Source: Desulfobacteraceae bacterium
GTDB lineage: Bacteria; Desulfobacterota; DSM-4660; Desulfatiglandales; Desulfatiglandaceae
Reading direction: 5' to 3'
Length of the DNA stretch: 58,538 bases
Assembly: GCA_030611815.1 (NCBI GenBank)
Contig: JAUWPC010000001.1
Coordinates: 1-58,538, forward strand
Shown: in pieces, positions 34,655 to 44,235 of the stretch
Layout of the letters: each line of letters opens with the position of its first letter
Numbering within the stretch: the stretch's first letter is position 1
Notes under the pieces: model-generated
What the model saw: the letters and a program-made list of their open reading frames with translations, nothing else
The model's database searches: none
Told to the model about the DNA's origin: nothing
Program-made: the position numbers and the translations under genes

Positions 34655-36886
34655 TCATATCCTGGTTGGCAGTTCAATAATAAACTTAGTTCCTTTAGGC
34701 TTATTATCCTTAACTCTTATAAAGCCATTATGATCTGTAATGATGGTGCTGACGATAGCAAGGCCCAAGCCCGTTCCCTGTTTTTTTGTTGAAAAGTAAG
34801 GCTCAAAGAGGCGGGCCTTGTTTTCAGGGCTTATCCCTCTCCCGTTATCTACCACCTCGATTCTCACCATTTTAAGGATATTGTCGTAATGAAGATCTAT
34901 AACCACCTTTCCCTCCCCCTCAATCGCTTCAATGGCATTGTCAAAGAGATTAATCATGACTCTTCTTATCTGCTCCCTGTCCAAATCAAATACAGGGACC
35001 TCTTTTGAATCATTAAATACGAAGTCCACTTCTTTATGCGTCTCCCTGTAGAGGCTCAGGGCTTCATTAATAATCTTGTTAATATCTGACGGTGCAGGAT
35101 TGGCCGCGGGCATGCGGGCAAAACTGGAGAACTCGTTTACAAGGCGTTTTAATTCCTCCACTTGCGTGATAATCATCCCTGTGCACTCGTCAAAGATCTC
35201 TGAGTCTTCGCTATCTAAGATCTTTCCATATCTCTTCTTGAGCCGCTGGGCAGACAGTTGAATCGGCGTCAGAGGATTCTTGATCTCATGGGCTATACGC
35301 CTTGCCACTTCTCTCCATGCAGCCATCCGCTGGGCCTTTTCAATTTCACTCAAATCCTCAAAGACAACAACAAGACCTAAGTACCTTCCACGATCATCAC
35401 GAAGCACATTGAGAGAAACGAGGAGGGTCAGCCTCCTGTTTCCCGCAGATAAGCCTATCTGTTTCTCTATGTAGCCCTTTTGAAAAAGAGCCTCATCTTT
35501 TAGAAATCCATCAATTACCTTGCAATAATCGTCTGACAGGATTTCTTTGTACTGTTTCCCGATAATTTCTCCCGCCCTTATGTCCAACATCCTCTCTGCG
35601 GATTTGTTGATAGTAAGGATCTTCCCGCCAGCATCAGCAGACACCACGCCTGCAGCAACATTCGCCAGGACAATCTCCATATAAAGCCGCCGCTGTTCCA
35701 ATTCAAGATTGCTCTCCATGAGTTCTTTATTGGCCTTTTCGAGCCTATTTTTGCTCGTTTTCAGGTCCATAGTCATCCTATTAAACGAATTGACTAACAT
35801 CCCCACCTCATCCTTTGTTTCTAAGTCAATAAAGAAATCATAGTCACCTGATGCGATACGATTCGTTCCTTCGGCTAATTCCTTGATGGGGACGGTTATC
35901 TCTTTTGAGAGGTAGAATCCGAACCATACAGATGAAAAAATGATAAGGAGCGAAACAATGGAGAGGGTGATCATGTGGCTGGCTATTATCGGAGTTTTGA
36001 GCATCTTCAACTGACGGTACTCCTCCAGGCCCTTTGAGATAGCCTGGAGACGGTTTACAAAGGCGCCGGGGACAAATTTAGCTGACGCCACGAGACCAAC
36101 CACAGCCTTCGATGCGGTCCTCGAAAAAACTGGAACGATGCCACTGACGAGATCTCCATGCGGCGAAGGTTGGATATACTGGCTGTCAGCGCCCTTCTCA
36201 ATACTTTTCTTCAAGATATCCGGCCCCGGCCCTTTAAATGCAGTAAGATCAATTCTGTGGTCCTTGGAAACGGCCATTAAGTCCAGTTTTGTCGAAAAAA
36301 CTTGGAGGGAGGCCAGACCCAGCTCTTTTCGCTTTTCGTCAATAAATTTCTCAAGCTTCTCTTTTCTGGATGGGATCATAAACCCCTCGTAGGTGATTAC
36401 TCGACCCAGATTATTGCCAAAAGAGAGGATCTCATCCGTAATCTCCTTGTAGTAATCCTGGCCAACTTCTAAGGAACTCTTTAATGATCGCTCGATCTGA
36501 AGGCTGAACCAGTACTCGATGGATGAGGAGATGAACTGCACCGAGACGAAAAAAAGGATGACCGTGGGCAATAGGGAGAGAGTAACAAAGGCCAGGACCA
36601 ATTTGGTCCTCAGCCTGGCTCCCATAATACTCTTTTTTCTCTCAAAGAGCAGTTTGACCAAATTCCTGACAATGAGAAAGAGGAGGAGGAGGAGTAATAT
36701 CACATTGATATTGATCAGTGCAAAAGCGATAATACTGCTTGAAAAGGGAAGGGCCTGCCCTAAGTGAAAGATACGCATCCCAAGATAGACCAGAAAAGAT
36801 ATCACCACGCCTAAGAAAATAATCAGGTATCTTTCTCTGCGTCGTCTCCTGAGATCTTGTTTTTCAGCCTCTAAGTAATCTTTCAT
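34655..36886 (-). CDS. NtrY-like sensor histidine kinase (TM-HAMP-PAS-HisKA-HATPase)
   Basis: 743 aa with N-terminal transmembrane segments, a HAMP region (ITVPIKELAEGTNRIASGDYD), the H-box IAHEIKNPLTP and a GTGLGLAIV G-box. Confidence 0.85.
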   Translation of the reverse strand: MKDYLEAEKQDLRRRRRERYLIIFLGVVISFLVYLGMRIFHLGQALPFSSSIIAFALININVILLLLLLFLIVRNLVKLLFERKKSIMGARLRTKLVLAFVTLSLLPTVILFFVSVQFISSSIEYWFSLQIERSLKSSLEVGQDYYKEITDEILSFGNNLGRVITYEGFMIPSRKEKLEKFIDEKRKELGLASLQVFSTKLDLMAVSKDHRIDLTAFKGPGPDILKKSIEKGADSQYIQPSPHGDLVSGIVPVFSRTASKAVVGLVASAKFVPGAFVNRLQAISKGLEEYRQLKMLKTPIIASHMITLSIVSLLIIFSSVWFGFYLSKEITVPIKELAEGTNRIASGDYDFFIDLETKDEVGMLVNSFNRMTMDLKTSKNRLEKANKELMESNLELEQRRLYMEIVLANVAAGVVSADAGGKILTINKSAERMLDIRAGEIIGKQYKEILSDDYCKVIDGFLKDEALFQKGYIEKQIGLSAGNRRLTLLVSLNVLRDDRGRYLGLVVVFEDLSEIEKAQRMAAWREVARRIAHEIKNPLTPIQLSAQRLKKRYGKILDSEDSEIFDECTGMIITQVEELKRLVNEFSSFARMPAANPAPSDINKIINEALSLYRETHKEVDFVFNDSKEVPVFDLDREQIRRVMINLFDNAIEAIEGEGKVVIDLHYDNILKMVRIEVVDNGRGISPENKARLFEPYFSTKKQGTGLGLAIVSTIITDHNGFIRVKDNKPKGTKFIIELPTRI

Positions 36887-36892
36887 GGTAGT

Positions 36893-37054
36893 AGATTAGG
36901 TAGTGTCCATCCATAAATGGCTATTTTTCACAATCTCTGCGTCATATTCGGATTTTAATCCTCGAAATACTTCAACGTATTCCTGTGGTTAAAATCCTCA
37001 TCTTCCTTGACCTTGCAAAAACTATCTCATTTCTGGATGGACATTAGGTAATGG
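36893..37054. mobile_element. MITE-like element (~160 bp), second copy of the family at 28808-29075
   Basis: The TIRs are ttaggtagtgtccatccataaatgg (36896-36920) and the reverse complement of 37026-37050 (ttacctaatgtccatccagaaatga). The internal hairpin module is 36941-37020. Confidence 0.65.
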
Positions 37055-37084
37055 TGGCAGAGCCGGGATCAAATCCCTGAATGC

Positions 37085-37669
37085 TCAATATCTGAAATCA
37101 ACCGCATACCAATCGGTCTCAAAATCCCACAGGGAGAGGAAGAAGAAGACATAATGGAAATAAAAGGGAAGCCTGATCTTGTCAAGTTCAGCCATCATGC
37201 TGATCTGGTAATGGTTTCCTCTCTGAAGATTGCGAAGTTCGGTAACTTTCAGGCCCACAATCTCGGACATCAATTTTTTGGCCTCATCGAAATCCTTGAC
37301 ATAAATCACCTTATTGTCTTTTGATGACAGCCTCACAATGTAGACCTTTTTCAGGTTGTCATACTTTATCTCGTGGCTCACCTTCAGATCGGCAATGCTC
37401 CTATCCCACCACCAGTTTCTAACCTCATACAGTTTTACAAAAAATCTGAAAGTGGTACTGACGCCGTTGTCAATCGCCCTTTTCATGTCCTCGGTAAAAC
37501 AGTCGGCCACGCTGAAATATGCGAGTAGATAGTCCTGGGTGTTTGTGATCACAATATCAGTTAGTCGAGCCTCTGCGGCCAATGCGGGCCTACTCGAAAC
37601 TAAACCGATAAAAAAGAGAATCGGCAGGGCAAATTTCAGGCCTTTATAAATAAATGGGCTCTTCTTCAT
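37085..37669 (-). CDS. DUF4390-like secreted protein (commonly paired with NtrY-type kinases)
   Basis: Starts MKKSPFIYKGLKFALPILFFIGLVSSRPALA (signal peptide) with AAGGAA upstream. The family call is from memory. Confidence 0.65.
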   Translation of the reverse strand: MKKSPFIYKGLKFALPILFFIGLVSSRPALAAEARLTDIVITNTQDYLLAYFSVADCFTEDMKRAIDNGVSTTFRFFVKLYEVRNWWWDRSIADLKVSHEIKYDNLKKVYIVRLSSKDNKVIYVKDFDEAKKLMSEIVGLKVTELRNLQRGNHYQISMMAELDKIRLPFYFHYVFFFLSLWDFETDWYAVDFRY

Positions 37670-38081
37670 CTTCTGTTCCTTATGGAGAGCCAGAGACCTT
37701 TTCAAAACGTCCCCTTTCGAAGGTCTCAGCCATATGGCAAAGTTCGTACAAACAAAATATAAGAAATTTAAGAAAGAGATAATAGGCGAGGGGCCCGTAA
37801 AATGCAAGCCCTATCCGAACCGAATTTGGGAATTGCGAATTGTGGAATTAAAAGCGGTTGGCTTTGAGATAAGCGTTAACAGGGATCAAATCGTTCCGCA
37901 ATCTCGTGTGGATGAATTTGCTGCACACTGAATTCATAGATTCAACTCGAAGTAGCACATCAAGTTCAAGGCTGAGGAATGCCTGCAGGGGTGGGATTTA
38001 GATTTGTTGGGCGAACCTTAAACCCTGTCGAAGATCTCGCTGGGCGGGAAAACCGTAAACGGTTACGAGGTGTTTTAACCA

Positions 38082-38127
38082 AAAAATAAGGGGTATCTCA
38101 ACGGACTGGCCTTAAGAGATAACCCCT
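38082..38127 (-). terminator. Rho-independent terminator of lpxC
   Basis: On the minus strand: AGGGGTTATCTC...GAGATACCCCT stem followed by TATTTTTT, 29 nt after the lpxC stop. Confidence 0.65.
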
Positions 38128-38155
38128 CGTTTTAATTAGGAAAGCTTATCTGTTC

Positions 38156-39085
38156 TCAGCCAAGAGCAGGCTCCGGCAGACCAAAAGCGGGGATTCTTAC
38201 GCTGTTTTTGCTACATTCCTCCGGTGAAACAAATGCATACACCTTCCAGTGTCTTTTTGACTGCATCAGCGAGGCCAGCATCTGCTGGTTAAGGAAATGC
38301 CCGGATTTCTTAACAACAAAGTGGCCGATTACAGGAGACTGAATAAGAGAAAGATCTCCAATAAAATCGAGGATCTTATGCCTGACGAACTCATCCTTGT
38401 ATCTAAGCCCGTCCTCGTTAATTATTCTGAAATCGTCAATAACCACAGCATTGTCGAGGGATCCGCCTCTCGCAAGCCCGTTTGCCTTAAGAGTCTCAAC
38501 ATCTTTCAAGAAGCCAAAGGTCCTGGCTTTGCTGATCTCCCTCACAAAGTCGCCCCCTGAAAAACGCAACTCGAATTCCTGATTTCTCAAAAGGGGATGT
38601 TGGAAATCGATCATATAGCTGATCTTGAGTTCTTTTGACGGATAAACGCAAATGGATCGGTTTCCATCGTCAATCTTGAATGTCTTTTTGATGACAATAA
38701 AGCGTTTTGGATCCTTCTGCTCCTTAATCCCAGCACTCTTTACAAGGAATACAAAAGGGGCCGAACTACCATCCATAATAGGCACTTCAGGGCCATCTAA
38801 TTCTACCACGGCGTTGTCAATTCCTAACCCGTAAAAGGCCGCCATCAGATGCTCAATAGTTGAAACCCTGCAATCATCAAAACCGATGCTCGTGGCTAAG
38901 GTGGTATCAGATACGTTATCAAAACGAGCCTCAATAATCGGATGTCCGGACAGGTCAGTCCTCACAAAACGTATTCCGGTATCGCACGGGGCGGGTCTGA
39001 TATTTATTCTTACCTTTTCACCGGAATGAAGGCCAATCCCGGTACAACCAATCTCGTCCTTCAACGTGCGCTGTTTATAATCCAC
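38156..39085 (-). CDS. lpxC: UDP-3-O-acyl-N-acetylglucosamine deacetylase
   Basis: MDYKQRTLKDEIGCTGIGLHSGEKV...TTL...STIEHL...HFLNQ is canonical LpxC. Confidence 0.95.
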   Translation of the reverse strand: MDYKQRTLKDEIGCTGIGLHSGEKVRINIRPAPCDTGIRFVRTDLSGHPIIEARFDNVSDTTLATSIGFDDCRVSTIEHLMAAFYGLGIDNAVVELDGPEVPIMDGSSAPFVFLVKSAGIKEQKDPKRFIVIKKTFKIDDGNRSICVYPSKELKISYMIDFQHPLLRNQEFELRFSGGDFVREISKARTFGFLKDVETLKANGLARGGSLDNAVVIDDFRIINEDGLRYKDEFVRHKILDFIGDLSLIQSPVIGHFVVKKSGHFLNQQMLASLMQSKRHWKVYAFVSPEECSKNSVRIPAFGLPEPALG

Positions 39086-39446
39086 GATCCACTCCTCAAT
39101 TAGCGCTCACTTTAGAATCTTGCGTAATTGTTAAGCAAATAGCATGCCAATAGGTCACAGTGGCAACTGAAAAGGAATGATTGAGCCTATACTGTTAATA
39201 TTATAAAGATAATTTATGCGGCAAAATTTATGCCCCTCTTTGAGGTCATCTATATAGACATATATCTGTGGCAAAAAAAACACATATGAATTATCGCACG
39301 TACTTTAAAACACACTCAGTGGTTTTTTTCGCCCCCCGCTTGATAAGAACAGCTCTTTATATTATGGTGGGGGTCGTCAAATTGCTGAGTCCCACCTGAG
39401 ATGAAATTGAGTTGAAAATATACAGGATTTTTGCTTTGAGGCGCCG

Positions 39447-40652
39447 ATGCTGACTGGCAGAATAATTTATTTAAAACCTCTCATTCTGATAATCTTCATA
39501 ACTCTTTTTGCGTGCTACCCTGCCCTGAAAAGGGAGGCCCGACATCCTGAAGAGGCTTTGGCACCTGTCCGCTTCTTTTATCCCACCTTCCACGATGATA
39601 TGGACAGGGAGTCCCTTATCTCTGTCATAAGAAAAAATCTCGACTACCTTAACAGGCTTGACCCTGAAAAACCATTTTATTATGGATCTCAAATATTTAC
39701 CTCCAAACACGTCAAGAAAAGCCAGGAGGCCTTTCTGTCGCTCATAGAAAAGAATGTTAGCCCGGAACAGTTAAATAAAGAAATCAGGGAGAATTTCTTG
39801 ATTTATCGCGCAACCGGTCGGGTGGGGAACAATCAAGTCCTCTTTACCGGGTATTTTGAGCCGGTTTATGAGGCCGGCCTGAAGCCTGATGATTCCTTTA
39901 GGTACCCGATCTATAAAAGACCGGACGATTTGATAGTAACTGACCTTTCGCTGTTCAAACGCGAATTCAAGGGTAAAAAAATAATCGGTCGGATTAAAGG
40001 GACAAAACTTCTGCCGTATTTTTCGAGACGTCAGATTGTTGAAGAAGATGTGTTAAAAGGACAGGGCCTCGAGATCGCCTGGTTGAAGGACCCTGTAGAC
40101 GTAGCCTTTCTTCAAATACAGGGTTCGGGGCAACTGAGGTTGCGCAACGGCGATATAATCAGTGTAGGCTACAGCGCGTCCAACGGCCTGGCATATCGCA
40201 GCATCGGGCGGTATATGTTAGACAAGGAATTTCTGACTAAAAAAGAGATGTCCATGCAGTCTATCAGAAGATATCTCTCAGAGCATCCCGCAAAAGTTAA
40301 GGAAATTCTTAACTACAACCCTTCCTATATATTCTTTCGACGCCTGAGAACGGGGCCTTTGGGCAATATAAGCGTTCCCCTGACACCCGGCAGATCCTTG
40401 GCCTTAGATTCTAAGCTATTTCCCAAGGGGGCTCTGGCCTTTATTTCATGCAAAAAACCGACCATTAATGAGCGGGGCGAAATAACAGGCTGGAACGAAT
40501 TTTCCCGTTTTGTCGTGAATCAGGATACCGGGAGCGCAATAAAAGGGGCAGGCAGGGCGGATATTTTTTGGGGAAACGGCCCATACGCCGAAATGGTAGC
40601 AGGCCATCTAAAACATGATGGGGAACTCTATATCCTGATCAAGAAACCATGA
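39447..40652 (+). CDS. mltA: Membrane-bound lytic murein transglycosylase A
   Basis: Lipoprotein signal (LFAC), MltA-type core and a 3D-domain C-terminus (VNQDTGSAIKG..RADIFWG). Confidence 0.82.
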   Translation: MLTGRIIYLKPLILIIFITLFACYPALKREARHPEEALAPVRFFYPTFHDDMDRESLISVIRKNLDYLNRLDPEKPFYYGSQIFTSKHVKKSQEAFLSLIEKNVSPEQLNKEIRENFLIYRATGRVGNNQVLFTGYFEPVYEAGLKPDDSFRYPIYKRPDDLIVTDLSLFKREFKGKKIIGRIKGTKLLPYFSRRQIVEEDVLKGQGLEIAWLKDPVDVAFLQIQGSGQLRLRNGDIISVGYSASNGLAYRSIGRYMLDKEFLTKKEMSMQSIRRYLSEHPAKVKEILNYNPSYIFFRRLRTGPLGNISVPLTPGRSLALDSKLFPKGALAFISCKKPTINERGEITGWNEFSRFVVNQDTGSAIKGAGRADIFWGNGPYAEMVAGHLKHDGELYILIKKP

Positions 40653-40680
40653 CTTGAAAGGCTTAAACGTACCAGCTCAA

Positions 40681-40786
40681 TAAATAGTGCCTCAACGAAA
40701 TAACTTCCCTATTTCATAATCGTAATCATAATCGTAATCTTACTCAAAACGATTATGATTACGATTACGATTAAGAGTATGAATCC
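40681..40786. repeat. Composite repeat: 33-nt module M1 (40681-40713) plus family A hexamer hairpin, copy 3 (40713-40786, inverted orientation)
   Basis: taaatagtgcctcaacgaaataacttccctatt matches 55043-55075 at 30 of 33 positions. It is followed by cataatcgtaatcataatcgtaatcttactc-aaaac-gattatgattacgattacgattaagagtatg. Confidence 0.8.
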
Positions 40787-40828
40787 AACTTCAAACACTT
40801 TAATTCACTTTAGTTTCTTTAGCTCACT

Positions 40829-42907
40829 TCAGATGGAAAACTTGGAAAAATCCGCAATCAGGCGCATAAGACCGGCGATCTGCTGTAACAACCCCACCCT
40901 GTTTTCTCTCAAGGCCTGATCATCCTTTGTCAAAACCTCTACCCCGTCAAAGAAGTCGTCCACCGGTTTTCTGAGCTTCACCATGAGGCCTAAGGCATCA
41001 AGGTACCCTTCTCCTTCAAGGGATCTGTAAACATCATCCTTGAGGGCCTGAAACGTCTCCCAGAGGGCCCCCTCACAATCTTCCCGGAACAGGGCCGGGT
41101 CCGCCTCAAAGGATTTGTCCTGTTTCTTTAGGATATTGCTCACCCGCTTAAAGGTCAAAGCCAACTGGTTGAACTCCTCTGATTCAAAAGAGAACTTCTT
41201 GAGCTGATCGATCTTTGGACGGAGTTTCTGGATGCGATCAAACTCTACCGAGATGACGGCCTCGATCAGATCAGATTCATAACCAGACCTCAGCATCATG
41301 TTCTTGTACCGCTCCCTTACAAAGGCCATGACCTTAGAAAGTATCTGGGCCTTATCAAACTCAATTTCCTCCTTCAAAAGCAATAACGCCTGCCCTATGA
41401 ACTCCTTTAGAGAAAGGTCCCAACCCATATCTTCTACTATCCTGATGATGGCAAGGGCATGCCTGCGAAGGGCAAAGGGATCAGCGCTTCCTGAGGGCTC
41501 AAGACCAACAACAAAACAACCGGCGATGGTATCCATCCGATCCGCTATCCCGACAACGGCGCCTATCTTAGATGTTGGGAGTTGTCCTCCAGCCCTTAAA
41601 GGAAGGTAGTGCTCGTATATCCCTGAACAGACCTCATCCGGGTATCCCTCCAATTGGGCATACTCTTTCCCCATAACACCCTGAAGGGATGGAAATTCGT
41701 TCACCATCTGGGTAATCAGATCGCATTTACAAAGATTTGCCACCAACCTTACATTGTCCGCTTCTTCCGGCAGGACTATCCCGGCCAAATACCCGGCAAG
41801 CTTCGTGAATCTTTGGACCTTGGCATGGGAAGTTCCTAAATCGGCCTGGTAGACAACCTGCCTGAGGCCCTCTAAACGATCTAAGAGCGGCCTTTTCCTG
41901 TCCTCTCTCAAAAAGAAATCCGCATCAGAGAGCCTGGCCCTAAGAACCCTTTCATGGCCTCTTTGAACAATCGATTCATCCCTTGCTACAGTGTTATTGA
42001 CAGCGACAAAATTGGGCATTAACCGGCCCTTTTCATCGTAAACAGCAAAGTATTTCTGATGTTCCTTCATGGCCGTTATCAAGACAACATCGGGAAGATC
42101 CAAAAACATCCCATCAAAACTGCCGCAAACCGCAGAGGGGTATTCCACAAGATTAGCCACTGTGCTGACTAATTCCGGATCCTCAATAGGTTTGCCACCC
42201 GCCTTTTCAGCCACTTCCCGGGTTATCCGCTCTACCACCCGCTCCCTTTCCTGCTGATCAATAACCACAAAGGCCTGCTCCATCCCGGTGAAATAGTCCT
42301 GAACGTTTGAAACCTCCATCGCCTCCGGGCTCATGAACCGATGCCCCCGGGTAGTACGACCACTACTTACCCCGGCCACCTCAAACGGGATTACCGCACC
42401 ATTAAACAGACACAATACCCAATGAATGGGCCGCACAAAAGGGAAACCTATGCTCCCCCAGCGCATTGACTTTGGCCAGATAATATCCGCAATCAGTTTG
42501 GGCAACGCCTCGGCCAAAATCTCTATGGTTTTCCTCCCCGGAATCTGACGTTTCACATACAGGTACTCCCCTTTGGGCGTTTCAATGGATTGCACCTCTT
42601 CGACGGGCACCCCCTGCTTCTGGGCGAAACCGAGGGCTGCCTTTGTAGGCCTCCCTTCTCTGTCATAGGCCACGCTTTTTGGAGGGCCGGTGATCTCCTT
42701 CACCAGATCTGACTGCATCTCCGAAATGCCCTTCCCGATCAGGACCAGACGCCTCGGGGTTCCATAGGTAACCAGCCCGCCCGTCAGCTCTATCCGATTC
42801 TCTCTCAGGCACGCTTCCGCCAGCCGCTGCAATTCCCTCAATCCCCCCTCTAAATAACCGGCAGGGATCTCTTCCGTTCCGATCTCAAAAAGTAGTTCAG
42901 CTACCAT
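40829..42907 (-). CDS. glyS: Glycine-tRNA ligase beta subunit
   Basis: MVAELLFEIGTEEIP... is a canonical GlyS N-terminus, about 690 aa. Confidence 0.95.
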   Translation of the reverse strand: MVAELLFEIGTEEIPAGYLEGGLRELQRLAEACLRENRIELTGGLVTYGTPRRLVLIGKGISEMQSDLVKEITGPPKSVAYDREGRPTKAALGFAQKQGVPVEEVQSIETPKGEYLYVKRQIPGRKTIEILAEALPKLIADIIWPKSMRWGSIGFPFVRPIHWVLCLFNGAVIPFEVAGVSSGRTTRGHRFMSPEAMEVSNVQDYFTGMEQAFVVIDQQERERVVERITREVAEKAGGKPIEDPELVSTVANLVEYPSAVCGSFDGMFLDLPDVVLITAMKEHQKYFAVYDEKGRLMPNFVAVNNTVARDESIVQRGHERVLRARLSDADFFLREDRKRPLLDRLEGLRQVVYQADLGTSHAKVQRFTKLAGYLAGIVLPEEADNVRLVANLCKCDLITQMVNEFPSLQGVMGKEYAQLEGYPDEVCSGIYEHYLPLRAGGQLPTSKIGAVVGIADRMDTIAGCFVVGLEPSGSADPFALRRHALAIIRIVEDMGWDLSLKEFIGQALLLLKEEIEFDKAQILSKVMAFVRERYKNMMLRSGYESDLIEAVISVEFDRIQKLRPKIDQLKKFSFESEEFNQLALTFKRVSNILKKQDKSFEADPALFREDCEGALWETFQALKDDVYRSLEGEGYLDALGLMVKLRKPVDDFFDGVEVLTKDDQALRENRVGLLQQIAGLMRLIADFSKFSI

Positions 42908-42916
42908 TTTTGTCAC

Positions 42917-42983
42917 TCGTTATTCGTTATTTGTTATTTGGTATTTGGTGCTGGGTATTTGTCAATCATCAATCATCAATCCC
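42917..42983. repeat. Short-period arrays filling the glyQ-glyS spacer and the glyQ 3' end
   Basis: tcgttat tcgttat ttgttat ttggtat ttggtgc tgggtat ttg, followed by tcaatca tcaatca tcaatcc. The second array encodes the last glyQ codons. Confidence 0.8.
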
Positions 42984-43843
42984 AAAGGGTATCCCATCTC
43001 CTCCCTCTGGGCCAGATAGTTCTTTGCTGCGAGACGTGCCAGGTTCCTGATACGATCTATATAGAGGGTCCTTTCCGTTACACTTATGGCCCCCCTTGCA
43101 TCAAGGAGGTTAAATGTATGAGAGCACTTCAGACAGTAATCATAGGCAGGTAGAACCAGCCCTTCCTTGCCCACCCTCTTACCCTCTTCTTCATACAAGT
43201 GAAACACCTTCAGGAGCATCTCCACGTCCGCCATTTCAAAATTATACACAGAAAGTTCCCACTCCCCCTTCTTGTGGACGTTGCCATAGGTCACATGGTC
43301 GTTCCACATGAGGTCGTAAACATCTTCCTTCTCCTGCATATACATGGCGATCCTTTCAAGACCGTAGGTTATCTCTACGGAGATCGGATCTAACCTGATA
43401 CTCCCAGCCTGTTGAAAATAGGTGAACTGGGTAATCTCCATCCCGTCGAGCCAGACCTCCCATCCGAGACCCGAGGCCCCGAGGGTGGGTGATTCCCAGT
43501 CATCCTCCACAAAGCGTATATCGTGCTCTAAGGGATCGATCCCTAAAGTCTTCAGGCTTTCGAGATAGACGTCCTGTATGTCAATCGGAGATGGCTTGAT
43601 AATAACCTGGTACTGGTAGTAGTGCCCTAACCGGTTCGGGTTTTCACCATATCGGCCGTCGGTGGGACGTCTTGAAGGCTCTACATAGGCGACAGACCAC
43701 GGCTCCGGGCCTAAGACCCTCAGCAAAGTCGCAGGATTAAAGGTCCCCGCCCCCACCTCTAAATCATAGGGCTGCTGGATCAAACAGCCATAATCGGCCC
43801 AATACTTTCCGAGGGCCATAATCAGTTCTTGAAAATTCACCAA
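42962..43843 (-). CDS. glyQ: Glycine-tRNA ligase alpha subunit
   Basis: [36 protein letters not shown] is canonical GlyQ. Confidence 0.95.
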   Translation of the reverse strand: MVNFQELIMALGKYWADYGCLIQQPYDLEVGAGTFNPATLLRVLGPEPWSVAYVEPSRRPTDGRYGENPNRLGHYYQYQVIIKPSPIDIQDVYLESLKTLGIDPLEHDIRFVEDDWESPTLGASGLGWEVWLDGMEITQFTYFQQAGSIRLDPISVEITYGLERIAMYMQEKEDVYDLMWNDHVTYGNVHKKGEWELSVYNFEMADVEMLLKVFHLYEEEGKRVGKEGLVLPAYDYCLKCSHTFNLLDARGAISVTERTLYIDRIRNLARLAAKNYLAQREEMGYPLGLMIDD

Positions 43844-44235
43844 ATCCTCCTGGTCCCCTTTTTTGATGGGGCTGTAGAATTAATAAAGCATAAATGAAAG
43901 GTTGGGAACTTACCACCGGCACAGGTAGTTGTCAAGGCTGGATTGACCAGGATGAGCAGCAATTGCACCATGGTTCACATGCAAAATGAACTGCATCACA
44001 AGCAGTCTCTCTCTTCAGCCTCAAGTAGGAATGGGAGGATTAGAAGTGGTATACAACGGCCCCAAAACCCCGTTTCTTATCTACAAGAGGCGGGGTTTTT
44101 TCCGCCGGTATCCAGGGCAATACCACTCTTTCTTTGGGATAGATACTGAATTTTATGGATGTCCTGGAGGCCCGCCACAATATTACTGAAAACGAGGAAA
44201 ATAAACGAAAAGGAGAAGCCAATTTGAACTTTTGC

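Noticed and set aside
43844-44235. Possible riboswitch or T-box leader upstream of glyQS, and the 60-aa ORF 44040-44222
   Set aside because: No conserved T-box or glycine-riboswitch sequence blocks were recognised. The ORF has no SD and an implausible composition. Only a weak GGCGG/CCGCC hairpin is present (about 44090-44107).
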